Positions 26,085-39,900 of a stretch of 64,000 bases of DNA are shown here, piece after piece. The notes under the pieces are model-generated. The model was not told the DNA's origin, made no database searches, and worked only from the letters and a program-made list of their open reading frames with translations. Location of the stretch: positions 17,174,001 to 17,238,000 of the forward strand of contig CP158635.1 of NCBI GenBank assembly GCA_050273025.1. The letters are read 5' to 3'. The DNA is from Cenococcum geophilum. Lineage: Eukaryota. Each line of letters opens with the position of its first letter. Positions within the stretch are counted from its first letter, which is position 1. Made by a program: the position numbers and the translations under genes.

Positions 26085-26733
26085 CTCTAAGGGTTAAGAC
26101 CTAATACTATACTATAAGCTTTAATATCCGGATTGTTTTAAGAGTTAAGATACGGAGCTGCCTTATAAGTTATAATACCTAGCCTACCCTAGAGACTAAT
26201 TTTTAATACTATAGTATAGACTTAGATATCTAGGAGCTATAGGGAGTTAATGTTTATTATTATAGTATAGACCCTAATATCTAAGAGGCTAATACTTAAT
26301 ACCTAATAACTAACGCTAATTATTGCCCTAGGGCTGTTAATACCCGGCCTAGCTTTAGGATTCTAGATATCCGCCCTATATTAAAAACTAGACTTAACCG
26401 TTATATTGCTAGAACTAATATCCGTTATAAAGTATTAGTGTACTTAGCCTAAAGGTATTCTACTAGTTAGAGTTTAAGCTAGCTAGCTGCGCGTTCCTGC
26501 TAGATATAGGCTAAGAAGGTAATAGTATTAGCAGCCCTATATACGGATTTTCGGCAGATATTAATTAAAATAGCTAGGCTACTTATATTTACGGACATTA
26601 AGCTGCTAATACTATACGCCTCTCCGCTACCCTAAACCGTGGTAATATCCGCTTTACGCTATCTTTTAATTTGCTTATTAACGCTAATAGCTAGCTCTTT
26701 ACCTAATTTGCCTTTTCTACCTCTATTTAAATA
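26085..26733 (-). pseudogene. C-terminal segment of the RecQ-like helicase gene
   Basis: Continuous with 34700 across the AAGGT TSD. Reads ...GRKGKLGKELAISV.KQIKR(W)RKAD... Confidence 0.55.
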
Positions 26734-26738
26734 AAGGT

Positions 26739-29700
26739 TGTTACAGACGCTTTAAGTACAATATTATAACTACTTGGAGAGGAGTTGGAAGAAGCTAGTT
26801 GGTTAATATAGGCACGGACTAGGATAGAACCCGTAGAACTATATGACGAGGAATAGTAAGTAAGTTATATAATGGTTAAATGTATTGGCTGCGTTAAATG
26901 AAAGGGACGTTACGTTTAATACAGATAAGACGTATATTACGTATAAGAAGGATTTTATAGGAGTACGGTTATATATTTAAGGACCCTTAGTCCCTACCTA
27001 GATAGTTCCTTCCTTATAGTAATTCTTAGAATATAATTAGAGTTAATCTGTTAGGTAACTACTCCACCAGTTATTATTATATTGTTAACTTTTGTACTTA
27101 TATTTCCTATATACCTAGCCCAATAATAAGCCTATTGTAGTTTTTGCTATAAGGTTTTGTTATATAATTACTACCTAGTTATAGTATTAATACAAGAAGT
27201 TAAACAATATGCCACCAAAAGCAGCTACTATGACGCCATTAACGGCAGCAACTACTTTAAGGATAGGAGGTAATACTAGTATAGTAGATACTAACTCACA
27301 GCAACCTATAACGGTTAGACAGCTATAGGAAATAGTTAACTAGCTAACAGCTAATAATATAATATTAGAAGAAAGACTTAATAGGATAGGAGTAGTAAAG
27401 ATTAAGCTACTATCAATTAAGAGATTTACAGGAGAGAGGTTAAAGCTTAAAGGATTTCTTATATAGATACACTTTAAGGTCTTATAAGAGGGAGTAAAGT
27501 TACCTATACTTGTGGATCGGATAGCCTACGCAAGACTATTCTTATTAGGAAAAGCACTTAAGTGGTTTAAATTTTACCTTATGGAGATATAGGCAAATGG
27601 AATGACGACCACTAATTAAGACGTGCGATTTATATTCTTAAGTTAGGAAGGATTCGCAGAACGACTTATACAAATGTTTGGAGACCTAGAAGAAATAACT
27701 ATAGTAGAAAGAAAACTTTAGAACCTTATATAACGAACTTTAGTAATTAAGTATATAATATAGTTCTAGACACTAGTAATATAAGTAGAGTGGAATAATA
27801 GGGCGCTTATAGCACAGTATAAATAGGGACTTAAGGCTAAAGTCTAGGATGTAATTATCCTAATAGAAGATATAGATACCCTAAGGGAACTAATAGATTA
27901 GGTAATTAAGATTAATAATTAGATCTACTAAAGGGAATAGGCTAAGAGAGGCTAGGATAGAGTTCTATAGTTATATAAGGCGTAAAGTACGCAACGACAA
28001 AAGCTAAGTTAGAAACTATGGTATGGCGTAGAGCTAATAGACCTAAGTGGTACTAAAGAAACCTATAAGAAATAGAGCAAACTATAGAAACCTAAAGGAT
28101 AAGGATTAAGTAATTAAAGGTCTAAAAAGCAGAGGCCGAATTAGGGATCTTAATAGCAGAAGATATTTAGGCGGACTCTATAGTAAGAGAAATGGTTTAA
28201 AGAAGGAGCTTGCATAAATTACGGAAAATAGGGTTATTATATTAGAGACTGTAGAAGTGGATAGAGTTGCTATATAGTAAAGGGCACGAGACTAGTAGAC
28301 GATATATATATATAAAGGGACGATAATATACTGCGAGGAATAAAAGAATATTTAATCTAAAGTTTTGCGTTTTGTTATAATAACGCATACCAAATTTATA
28401 AGGACGCTAAGTATGGTGTAAGCTATTGGCTATAGGAGCTAGCACCTATAGGATATAGAGAAACTAATAAACCAGTTTATAGATCGGATATTAAGGATAA
28501 TGAATTTAACCTAGGTGAAATATTTTATGACGATAAGGTAATAAGGGCCGCTTACTAGGAGTAAGCAGACCTTAGAGATATTATACTAGAGGTAGAGGAT
28601 AATTCCACTATAGAATAGGGAATATTAGTAGGGATTGAAACCCTACTAGATATGATGTCTATTGCTTTATAAGATGTAAGAGAAGTAGGATAGTGAACCA
28701 CTTTGGCACTTAATAAAGGTAAAAGGCCAAAGGCTTAAGATTTTTATAGTGAGATAAGAGATAACTAAGATTTTTAAGATAAGATAAGGTAAGCTTAAGG
28801 ACCTATAATGGATAGAAACCGATAGAGCAGAGCAGTAGCTTAGTTTAAAAATATACGAATAAGCTTAGAACGGAAGTTCCTACAGGCATAAGATTCTTAA
28901 GACAAGATAAGTGAGATTTAAGACTCTTAAGATGAGATAAGAATACTAAATAAGCCTAGTTGGACTAAGGCTGGAGCTAAGCTTAAGTTAGAAGTAAGCT
29001 CGGGACTAAAGAGCCTAAGGGGTTAAGAATTTGGGGTATAAATTAGGACACCTATAGATAAGAGATAAGGAGCTTCTTTATAGATTAGAGAATCTATAGT
29101 ATAAATAGTAATTAGACTAGGAGACGAATATATAGACCTAGAGGAGTTACTAGTTAAATAAAGTATTCGGATTAAAGATTAAAAAGTTAATACTAGGATT
29201 AAGAAGTAAGACAACTTTAAGGATTAGAGTATAAGGCGTAAACTAAAAGAAACTATAGAAGAGTTTAGGTAAAGAATTATTATATAGTAAGAACAGAAAC
29301 TAGATAAAAGATCTAGCATATTGGGATATATAAAGGATAAAGTACTAGTATAAAGAATTACTAATAGACTAAGAGCAAACATACTAAGAGCTAAGTGGCT
29401 TACTAAACTAGAAGATGAAGAGGATCTAGGGATTCTAACTAGGTTTAAGGAACAATATATAAAGGGCTGTTATAATGCAGTAATAAGAAGATACTTCCTT
29501 ATGGATAGATTATATACACTTTAGTAGCTGTACTAAAAGTGGTATAGGCAAAGGTATAATGATAAGTGGGAAGATTTCTATATATGGTTAGATAAAAAAG
29601 TTATTTAAGACCACCTAATTATAGAGAAGGCTATAACGCATATTAAAGGAGCCTTAATTATAACGTTAAAGGATCTAAAGGAATAATTAGAGGACTAGAG

Positions 29701-32700
29701 AAGCGAGAAACGTATCTTAGTACTTATAAATAAAGTTATAATATTTAGATTAGTATAATAAAGGTTTAAACTTAGGGATAAAGATGAGCTAAGAGTTAAC
29801 CTAAAGCACCTAGCACACTATACGTTATCATGGATTGTGTATATAGATAATATATACAAAATATATAAGAATCCAAAGGAAAAAAATTGGAAATACCCTA
29901 TAAGAATATACTGGATAACGGATAAGTAATAGTATAGGAATGCTAAATATATATATAAATGGCATCTAGTAGAGGTCTAAGAGGAAGGAAGTTTAGTACT
30001 TTAACTAGGAAGATTCCTTATGGAAGAATGCTTAGACGGACAATAGTAGTAGGAATACCCAGAAAATACGTGTCTATAGTATATTAAAGATAAAAAGTAA
30101 ACTAGGCATTAGTTAAAGAATAAGCTAAGTGCACTAGGATTAAGTAGCTAATAGTTAAGAAAAGTAGAGGCCTACGGGACTAGAGGGAGCTAGTAGTAGA
30201 GCCTTAGACCCTTAAAGGAATTTAAGGACAATACCTAAATTTATAAATTAATTAGTAAGATTAGCAGTTTGAAGCGCTAATAGATAGTAAAGTAACGTAA
30301 AACTATATCTTACTAGCAGCAGTTAAGAGAATGGGACTACCTTATAAATAAAAGGAGCAACCTTACCTATTAGTTACAATTTTAGGAGATCTAATAACCT
30401 ATAGAGGAGGGATCATTAATCTTAAAACAGGACCTATTTAGATAACTATTAAAGGAAGATAAATTAAGATATCTTTTAATATCCTACTATTAGGACGGGA
30501 TGAGGCAGTATTAAGTATACCTTAGTTATAGGAATATAATCCAAGGATCAATTAGATTATAGGTTAGGTTAATATTAGAAATACTTAATGCCGCAAGATA
30601 TAATAATAAGCTAAGTTAGTATGGTACTAAGTAGGAGCAACCTATAAAGAAATAGAAAAAGGACTAAGTTATATACTAAAGAGATACCACAAGTACGGTA
30701 AGAAACTATAGTCACTAGAAAGTAAAAAGCTATTAGAATATATAGTATAGGACTATAAAATAGAGTTAGAACCAGGAATAAGTCTAAGGTTCTTTCTAAC
30801 CTATAAGCTTACTAAAGAAAAAGGTAGAGTATTAAAAGAGTTTATCTAAGAGAACTTACGAAAGGGATATATTAGACTATCGCAGTTATTAGTAGGATAT
30901 CCAGTACTATTTATATTAAAGAAAAATAGTAAACTAAGGCTATGTATTGACTATAGATAGTTAAACAGTATTACTAGAAAGGATAGGTATCCTTTACCCT
31001 TAATTAGCAAAATCTAAGATAGGATAGGTAATGCGTAAATCTTCACAAAGATAAATCTGAGATGGGTGTACTATTAGATTAGGATTAAGGAGGGCGACAA
31101 ATAAAAGGCAGCCTTTAGGTTAAGGGAAGGACTATATAAACTATTAGTTATATAATTCGGACTTATAAACGCACCGGTAATGTTTTAAAAGCGTATTAAT
31201 AATATATTAGGAGAACACTTAGATAAATTTGTTATAGTATATTTTAATAATATTATTATCTACTTAATGACTAAGGAAGAATATAGAGAATACGTTAAAT
31301 GGGTCTTAAAGAGACTATAAGAAGAACAGATGCTAGTAGTAATTAAAAAATATGAGTTCTTTACTAGGAAGACCAATTTTATTAAATTTATTATTAAACT
31401 AGGCTAACTTAGTATAGATCTAAAGAAGATCGAGGCTATAGTAAATTAATAGGAACTAGAGAACGTTATATAGTTAAGATTGTTTTTAGGGTTTTAAAAT
31501 TACTATAAAAGGTTTATAGTATAGTAGTTAAAGGATATTAAGCCACTTACGAGGTTAATAAAGAAAGAAGAACTATAGGTATAAGGAGAGGAGTAAAGAA
31601 AACTCTTTAAGAAAGTTAAAGAGTTGTTTACCTAGGAGCCAGTTCTTAAGATCTATTAACTAGGACTAAAGATAGTTATAAAGACGGATGCATTAGACTA
31701 TATACTAGGGGCGTACTTTATATAAAGGTATTAAGATAGATGGCACCTAGTAGTATACTACAGTTAAAAGATAATATTACTAGAGTTAAACTATAACATC
31801 TATAATAAGGAGTTGTTAGGTATAGTTACAGCATTAAAGGAATAGAGAGCATTCTTATAAAGTATAGAGAAACTATTTATAGTTAAGATAGATTATAAGA
31901 ACCTAATAAGATTCCTAATAATAAAGGAACTTAACTAAAGATAGGTTAGATAGGTAGAGATGCTTACGGAATACTATTTTAAGATTTAGTATACTAAAGG
32001 TACAGATAATATACGGGTAGATGCTCTAAGCTATAAAGCTAAACTATAAAATAAGGAAAAGCTATTAGGGGCTTTATTATAAAAAGATATAGACGGATTA
32101 ATTAGGTATAATTATCCGAAAATTATAGCAACTTAAGAAGATAATAAACTAGAGAAAGTCTACGAGATACCGGAAAGCTTTTAGGTATAAAGAATTCTAA
32201 AAGTATAGCTAGAAGATCTATAAACGGATATATACAAAAATTAAGAAGTAAAGTACATCCTAAGAAGTATAGTAGAGTAGTTTATAGAAGACTTCTATAA
32301 GGGATTAACTTAAGGATATAATAGAGCTACGGGCTTAGTGTTAAAACTCTAAGAGGAGTATATTATTAATAGAATTTAGAGGATAGCTAGAAGGGTTATA
32401 AAGGAATATTTAGATTGCTAAAGAAATAAACTAATAAGGCATAAGCTATATAAAGGGCTATAACCTATTAAAATACTAGAAAGACTATAGGAGGTTATAT
32501 TATAGGACTTTATTATTAAGTTACTAAAATTAAGAGATTCTATTACCGGATAAGATTATAACGCGATCTTAGTAATAGTAGATAAGCTTATAAAGTGGGG
32601 ATACTTTATAGCATGTATAGAAGAAATCTTAGCGGAAGATATTACTAGAATTTATATTAAAGAAGTGTTTATAAGATATAGAGCGCTAAGTAAAATCATA

Positions 32701-34694
32701 TTAAATAGAGATCTAAGATTTATAGTAGCATTTTAGAAAGTGTTTTTAGTAAAGTAAGGAGTTTAAGCAGTAACTTCTACCGCATATTATCCGCAGACAG
32801 ATAGTTAAATGGAAAGGTTAAATTAGACGCTAGAGCAGTACCTAAGGCATTATATTAATTATATATAGAATAACTGGGTATTACTATTACTAGTTATATA
32901 GTTTACATATAATGTAACACCTTAAAAAGGAATAGGTATATTACTATTTAAGGTAAATTACAGATATAAGCTAAGAATATTGTTATTACTATAGTAAATA
33001 AAGAAAACAAGTAATATAGCTAAAGAAAGAATAAAGACATTAATAAATCTTTATGTAGACCTTATAGAATTAGTAAAGAAAGTATAAAAAAGAATAAAAA
33101 AGTACTATAATACTAAGAGATCTAAGGGACTAGATCTTAAGGAGGGAGATAAAGTGTAGCTACTATATAAAAATTTTAAGAGTTAACGACTAAGTAAGAA
33201 GTTAGACTATATTAAACTAAGACCTTTTAAAATTATATAGAAGATTTTACCGGTTATATTTAAGTTAAACCTACTAGCTAAAATAAAGATCTACCTTATA
33301 TAGTATATTATAATGCTAGAGCTAGTATATAGAAATGTTAAGCCACTAGTTTATAAAGCAGACATATATAGAGGATAAGAAGAAGATAAATAGCAAGTAT
33401 TAAAGATTATTAATTATAAGGATATTAACAATAAAATATAGTATGAGGTTAAGTAAATAGGCTACACTAAGACTACCTAGGAGCTACTAGAGAATTTAAA
33501 AAACGCTATAGGAAAGGTATAGGAGTATTAGAAGAGATTAGGTTAGGTAGTATTAATAAAGAAGGATTACTAAAGAATAAGTTACCTAAGGGGGACCTAA
33601 GAAGAGCAGTTACTAAACTACTTAGATTTATTTATTTCTCTATTAGAGGAGAATCCGTTCTTTTATTACCTAGTTTCTAAAGACCTTATTAAATAAGCTT
33701 TTACTCCTTTAAATAAACTTTCTTATAGACACGTTTTAAATACTAAAGACGAGTATAAGCTAGATGCTAAGCTTTAAGGACATGTGCGGACTCTTCTAAG
33801 GCACGCTAAACCTTAAATAGCGTAGAGGCCAGTTTACCATTAAGCTTTGCAGTAGTAGATTAAATATAAGACCCTAAGATAAATTAATTAGGGAACTAGA
33901 CGACTATTAAGAGTAATAGGTTACGTATATTTAGCATTAGATGTAGAATAAACGTTACATAATAAATGTATATTGGCGCGAGTGCATTTAAAATAAGAGG
34001 AGGGTTAGTAACTAGAAGGACTCGCAATTATAATATAATTTAACCCCTCTTTCGCACAATAAGAGTAAGGGATTGCTATTACTTTACTAAGTAATAGTAT
34101 TAAGGAGACGGTATAAAGGCGACGCTTAATCTAAGAGAGAGAAGAAATTGCTTTAGGTATTATAAGTAATAATATTAACTAAATTAATTAAACGGATATT
34201 ATACCTTTAGTAAATAACCTAGAGATACTAGGTATCTTTAAGGACGAAGATAAAGAGAAGGGAGATAGTATTACGGACGCTTTAAGTATAATATTATAAC
34301 TACTTAGAGAGGAGTTAGAAGAAGCTAGTTAGTTAATATAGGTATAGACTAGGATAAAACCCGTAAAACCATATAATAAGGAATAGTAAGCGAGTTATAT
34401 AATGGTTAAACGTATTAGCTATATTAAATAAAAGGGACGTTATGTTTAATATAGATAAGACGTATATTATATACAAGAAGGATTTTATAGGAGTATGGTT
34501 ATATATTTAAGGACCCTTAGTCCCTACCTAGATAGTTCCTTCCTTATAGTAATTCTTAAAATATAATTAGAGTTAATCTATTAGGCAACCACTCCACCAG
34601 TTATTATTACGTTGTTAACTTTTATACTTGCATTTCCTATATACCTAGCCCAATAACGAGCCTATTGTAGTTCTTGCTATAAGGTTCCGTTACA
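26739..34694 (+). mobile_element. Ty3/Gypsy family A copy 3 (complete), inserted in the helicase gene
   Basis: 426-bp LTRs at 26739-27164 and 34269-34694. TSD AAGGT at 26734-26738 and 34695-34699. gag ATG at 27209. Colinear with A1. Confidence 0.97.
33473..34160 (-). pseudogene. Antisense Zn2Cys6-like/coiled-coil gene of Gypsy A3
   Basis: Homologous to 7187-7874; retains Cys2 (tgt gcg aaa) and Cys5. Confidence 0.62.
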
Positions 34695-34699
34695 AAGGT

Positions 34700-36770
34700 A
34701 ATAAACTTATCTAAATTATTACCAAGCTAATTATAATTATAATTAGGTAGGTTTTTCTTAAGCGCCTTATAGCTAGTTATATACCAGGCGCAGCTATAAA
34801 GGGTAGTAATTTACTTATTAGATATAACATAGCTTAAGGTTAAATTCTAAATAGCGTGCTAATATTTCTTCTCTATTTAGTTATAGAACTAGTTTTTTAT
34901 ACTTATAGTAAAGGCCTTTTAGTATATCTTTCTTGGGATCCCCTCTATATACGGCTTGCGGATATTAAACTCTTTAAAAGCCCATAAAGTAGGATTATAG
35001 TTAAAGTAATAACCCTAGCTACTAGTGGACGGAGACTGTTCCTTATAGTTTTCTAATATAATTTTTTATAAGTAGCCCTTTTCCTTATTTATAAGAGCAT
35101 ATATATAATAAAAGAAAGCTGCTCTTTTCTTAGCTTTAGTTTTTAAGCGCTATACTAGCTTCTTTAGTAGAATATCTATAAGTAGAACTACGGATATTCC
35201 ACCTAGACTAAGCTCTTGCCCTATATTAAATACGGACGGATTAAAATTAGCATCGCTATATATAGACACTCTTAAAGATATATTGCTAGCAAAATTAGCA
35301 GCCCCGTCCTTTTATAGCACCTATCGCTTAATATAATATTTACGGCTAAGTTAACTTAGCTAAAATCGGAAGGCTCTACTAGTATAACCGCGATTTTTGG
35401 CTAGCCTAGTAATATCCTTATATAGACCTTTATACTAATCCTTAATTAGAAATATTACCTTACCTACTTAACTACTACTACGAGCACCGCGTCTAAGCCG
35501 TTACCATATTATATTAATAGACTTATCTTTATATATATAATACTACGCGATATAGTTAAAATTAGGAATATTAGCGCTATAGGTAAGCGCGTTAAAGGAG
35601 AGCAAAATACGGATTTCTAAGTTAGACTTTCTTAACTCCTTATATAGTCTGTCTTTATTTATAATAGCTAACGATATATAATAAAGCTAAATAGCTCTTC
35701 TAGCCTACGCTTTTTAGTACCCGTAATATACTAACTATAAATAAATTAAATCCCTCCCTAGTAATATTAGGTCCTTTAAATTAAAAAAGATAATTATCTT
35801 TAGGATCCAGTAGGGAGTTAGCGTGTATTAGATTCTCTACTTAGTGAATATAGCGGTATACGCGCGGTCTATAATAAAGTATAAGCTCTTAAAGGACTTC
35901 TTATTTCTTCGCTTAACATATTCTCTAATAATTAATAGATCTGGCTGGTTAATTAATATCCGTACTATATTAATATTATTTTAAAAGCCCGCTAACTTTT
36001 AAACAGTCTTAAATATTATATTATTAAGCGTTACAGTATAAGCAAACTAAGGCTTCCGCCTTAATAACGACCGCACTTTCTATAGCTGTGTATACGAATT
36101 CCGGAACGAACCCCCCTAATTAGCTATAAGGTGCACCTTATTAATTACTACTAAGCTAATATGTGTATGGAAGGTAGGGTTAGTAAGGGTCTTATAAAAC
36201 CTTTTACTAACTAATAGCTCCGGCGATATTAAAATATAGGTATATACTCTAGTGCGGATTTCCTATAAAAAACGTATGGATATTATTTTAGCGTATATAT
36301 AAACCGGCCTTATTTTAGAAAGCTCCTTAATCTTTATCTTCTACTCCACGCTAATCGCATTAAGTAGTAAAATAATAATTACTACTAAGGCCCGAAGAAG
36401 ATATGGCATTACTTATATTATTATACTCTTACTAAATAAGGTTTTTGCAATAAGTATTATATCTTTTTCCTTAAATAGCAGCCACCTAAGGGCTTTAAGC
36501 TGCTCTACACGTCCGCAATACGGATATAAAAAAGTAATAGCCTTATTAACCTTACTTAGCTACCAGGCCTTACTCTCTTTGTAAAGCATAAGAAGCTAAT
36601 CTTAAAAGTCCTATAGCTATTATTCCTAGTTTATTTTACGACTCCTTTAAATCTAATTATCCAACACTTAATACGGCCGCGGCTATTTTAGCACCTTATT
36701 TAACTTCCTCCCTCTCCGCTTAGTAGGTTTTAGTACTAGTATACAGTAGATCTGCTTAAATATCTATAAC
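34700..36770 (-). pseudogene. RecQ-like superfamily-2 DNA helicase (AcademH-type), RIP-degenerate
   Basis: Minus-strand motifs in order (RIP-reverted): I KD.ILIAKT.FGKS (~36425-36470), Ia II.PLNAI..EQ (~36340-36385), II VVIDEAHL...WG..FR..Y (~36090-36155), III PWFACTATL (~36025-36055), V IRILLS.DAL..GA.IP (~35560-35615), VI WQRLGRGAR (~35480-35510). These are followed by a Zn-binding-like C.R...Y...CC.NCNP (~34990-35080). Start approximate. Confidence 0.88.
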
Positions 36771-36952
36771 TTAGTAGTTAGCGTGTAATAAGGTTTAAAG
36801 GGAGATTATCTAGCGTAATATAGATATTGTATATCCACCTAGCTATAGTAGGTGCCGTAAGGTACCTATTATAGGTCTATACGTATTTTATATATATTAG
36901 CTAGCGTTAGCTAGCGTTTAATAAAATTATATATAGAGGTTTACGCTTTTAA

Positions 36953-39900
36953 TATCGGCAAAATATTGTCCCTTATAAATGACCTTAGCTGCTAAAAGTT
37001 GGCGTCGTTGGTGGGCTATTAAGGGCATTAACCAACTTAATAAACTAGCCTATGTTAAGTTCATTTAACATATAGCCTACGCGTAGCCTATATATAGCCT
37101 ATATAACCTACATAACCTACGCAACCTGCGTAACCTATATAACTTATAATTTTAGATAATAAAGGCTACTTTAAAGCCGTTTATAAAGCTATTAAGATAA
37201 ATTATATATACTTCTTTATATAATCTATTATATTTACATCTACTACCTATCTACATCGTCTACCTATCTATATTACCTACCTATCTACATTACCTACCTG
37301 TCTACATTACCTACCTATTTATATTACCTACCTATTTACATTACCTACCTATCTACATTATCTACCTATCTATATTATCTACCTATCTACATTTGTTGGG
37401 AATAAAGGCAAATGGTCACCATATAAGGCATATTGCCGTCACGTGTGGTAAGTTGCCGTTACGTGCGGCAAGTTGCTATCACGTGCCGCCGCGGCACTAG
37501 CGTAGTAAGGAACCTTAAGTTCCTTACCCCTTTCTTAAAGAAGAAAACAGAACAGAACAATTATTATACTATCTACGAACCGTAGCTACGTAATATCCCC
37601 CTTATATAACCAACACTAATTAGTGGTTAACTTTACTATTATACTATAGAGCAGCTAGGTATTCCACTAAGAAGAGATAAGCCACTATACCAGTGCTACT
37701 CGTGCTAAAGAAAGCTATCTTTTAAGGTTAGAACTGGTCCTAAACCTTAAATAGAACTCTTCTACGAATCTAAGGATTTAAAGGCTAAAACTGGTCCTAA
37801 GCCTTTCTAAGATTATAGATTCTTGCGTCCATTATATAGAATAACACGCTTTATAAGTCTTCGCGATTTAAGGCTAGAACTAGTCCTAAGCCCTATAATT
37901 GTAAATATACGTTATAAACGCGTACTAAACGATAAATATATATTACGAACGCGTACTAAACGACAATCCCTACACTAATAACACTTCCCTCCCTCTAAAA
38001 ACATGGCTATACCTACTTTAAACGACTAGGAAGACTTCTTACCACTAGGGGTAGCTTTATACGCGAAACTTATTAATAAAAATTAGGACGAATTTACCTT
38101 TAATATAATAACTTATACTGTAAAATAAGTTAATAGCTTTCTCCTATACCATATTATATTCTACTAAAGTAAATACTATACTAATATACAGCTATGGGAA
38201 TATTTTAGGGAGGATTTTATAGGATAGACCGCTAATACCTAGGCACTTAGCAATATTAATATTATTTAGGATTTTTAAGACTTCCTCCATAGGAATAGGG
38301 TATATATTACTAAGAACGGTAACCTAATTACTAGTAATATTTAGGCCGTTATTACTAGTATAAAAAAACTAGTATAGACGGAAGCTAAGATTATATATTA
38401 ACTATAGAAACCTAGAACTAACCTATATTCTTTAAAAGGCAACTTTAATTTAAAACGAAACCCCTAAAACGCTACTCTTCTACCTAAAGGTACTCTCCTA
38501 CCTAGAGGTACTTATTCTCTACCTCCGCCGCCTTTAGCTCCTTTACTCTAGCTAACTAGTAACCCTTTACTATAAGAAGTTATAAATCTAATAAAGGTAT
38601 ATTTAGATAAAAAGAAGAAGTTTAAAGAAGAATTATATGATATACTTAGAGTAAAACTATAGGTCTTCTATAACTGTTGCAATAAGGTTAGAATTTAATG
38701 CCACTAGTACCACCACGCTTTCTCCATTATGTTAAAGGGATAGGCAGTAATATTATATTATAACCATATTATGGGTAAAAACTATAGCTTTAATATAATG
38801 TTTTAGCTCACTAAAGCCCACTTTAAGACTAATAAGAATCGCTAACTTTATATATCTAAATAGCGAGAGACTATATTCTAGAGAGTTATTGCTTCTAACC
38901 TAACAAAGACTTATTTAGAGTGCCTTTAACTACTTTTTAATAAACTCTAAAAAATTTAATACGGACTTATCGAAACTTACTAAAATAAGAACAGCCTAAG
39001 GGACTAGGTTATTTTAGCATGCTATAGCGTTCCTAAGTATAACTTGGTGCTATATAAACCTATAGATATATTTAAAGGAGTATATACTAAGCTACGCTCT
39101 GCTATAGGTACTATAATACAAATATAAGAATCTTAACAGCTCTATACTAAAAGCCCTACCTAACTAAGCATTCCCAACTAATATGATTATAACTAGACTA
39201 ATTGAATATATAGCGGCCGTAGTAGGGAATACGGTAAAGGGTACAATTAACGTTAACTATAAGGTAATTATGGAGGTCCTTATGGAGGTTTATTTTAAAA
39301 TAATTGCTAAAAGAAGTGCTATGTTTGTAAGAAGCCAAATTACTAGTTAACTAGATACTCCCTTAATAAGCGAAAAGAGGCATATAATAAGTTCCGTTAG
39401 AGTATAAAAAATGTTAAAAATTATAAGGTTACTATAGCCTACTTTTAAAGCTTCCTAGTTTAATATAAAGGCGTAGAAAACCTTAAGGGTAAGGTTAATA
39501 AGACTAAATAGCTCCTTATAGATATGGAAATTGAGGACTACTTACCTAACTAATACTTTACTAAGTACGGTAAGGTAAATGGTATACAAACTATTGCTAT
39601 TCTTAATAACTAATCTACGCTCTATTTTATTACGAAGTTAGATATCTTTAATAAGCTAAAGGAGAGCTCCGCGTTTTCCTTTAATAATAGATACTCGGTA
39701 AATGTCTTCTATAGTATTATGCCGGATACTAGAGCCGTAGGAGTATCTATAGTAGGAGAACCTTAAGTTCGAGCCCTTTAGCAGCTTAATAGCTCTATTT
39801 AGATTAACTATTTAACGGCAGGCTAATACACAATTCGTTTTAGCAAAGGTACTACAATCTCTTTTGGCATAATTAGGGTTTAAACCCCCTTAGGGTATAT

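Noticed and set aside
34700..36770. Telomere-linked helicase or host RecQ/Sgs1
   Set aside because: No TTAGGG arrays are seen, the gene is RIP-mutated (so repeated), and it is paired convergently with a DDE-like transposase. Not fully excluded without a phylogeny.
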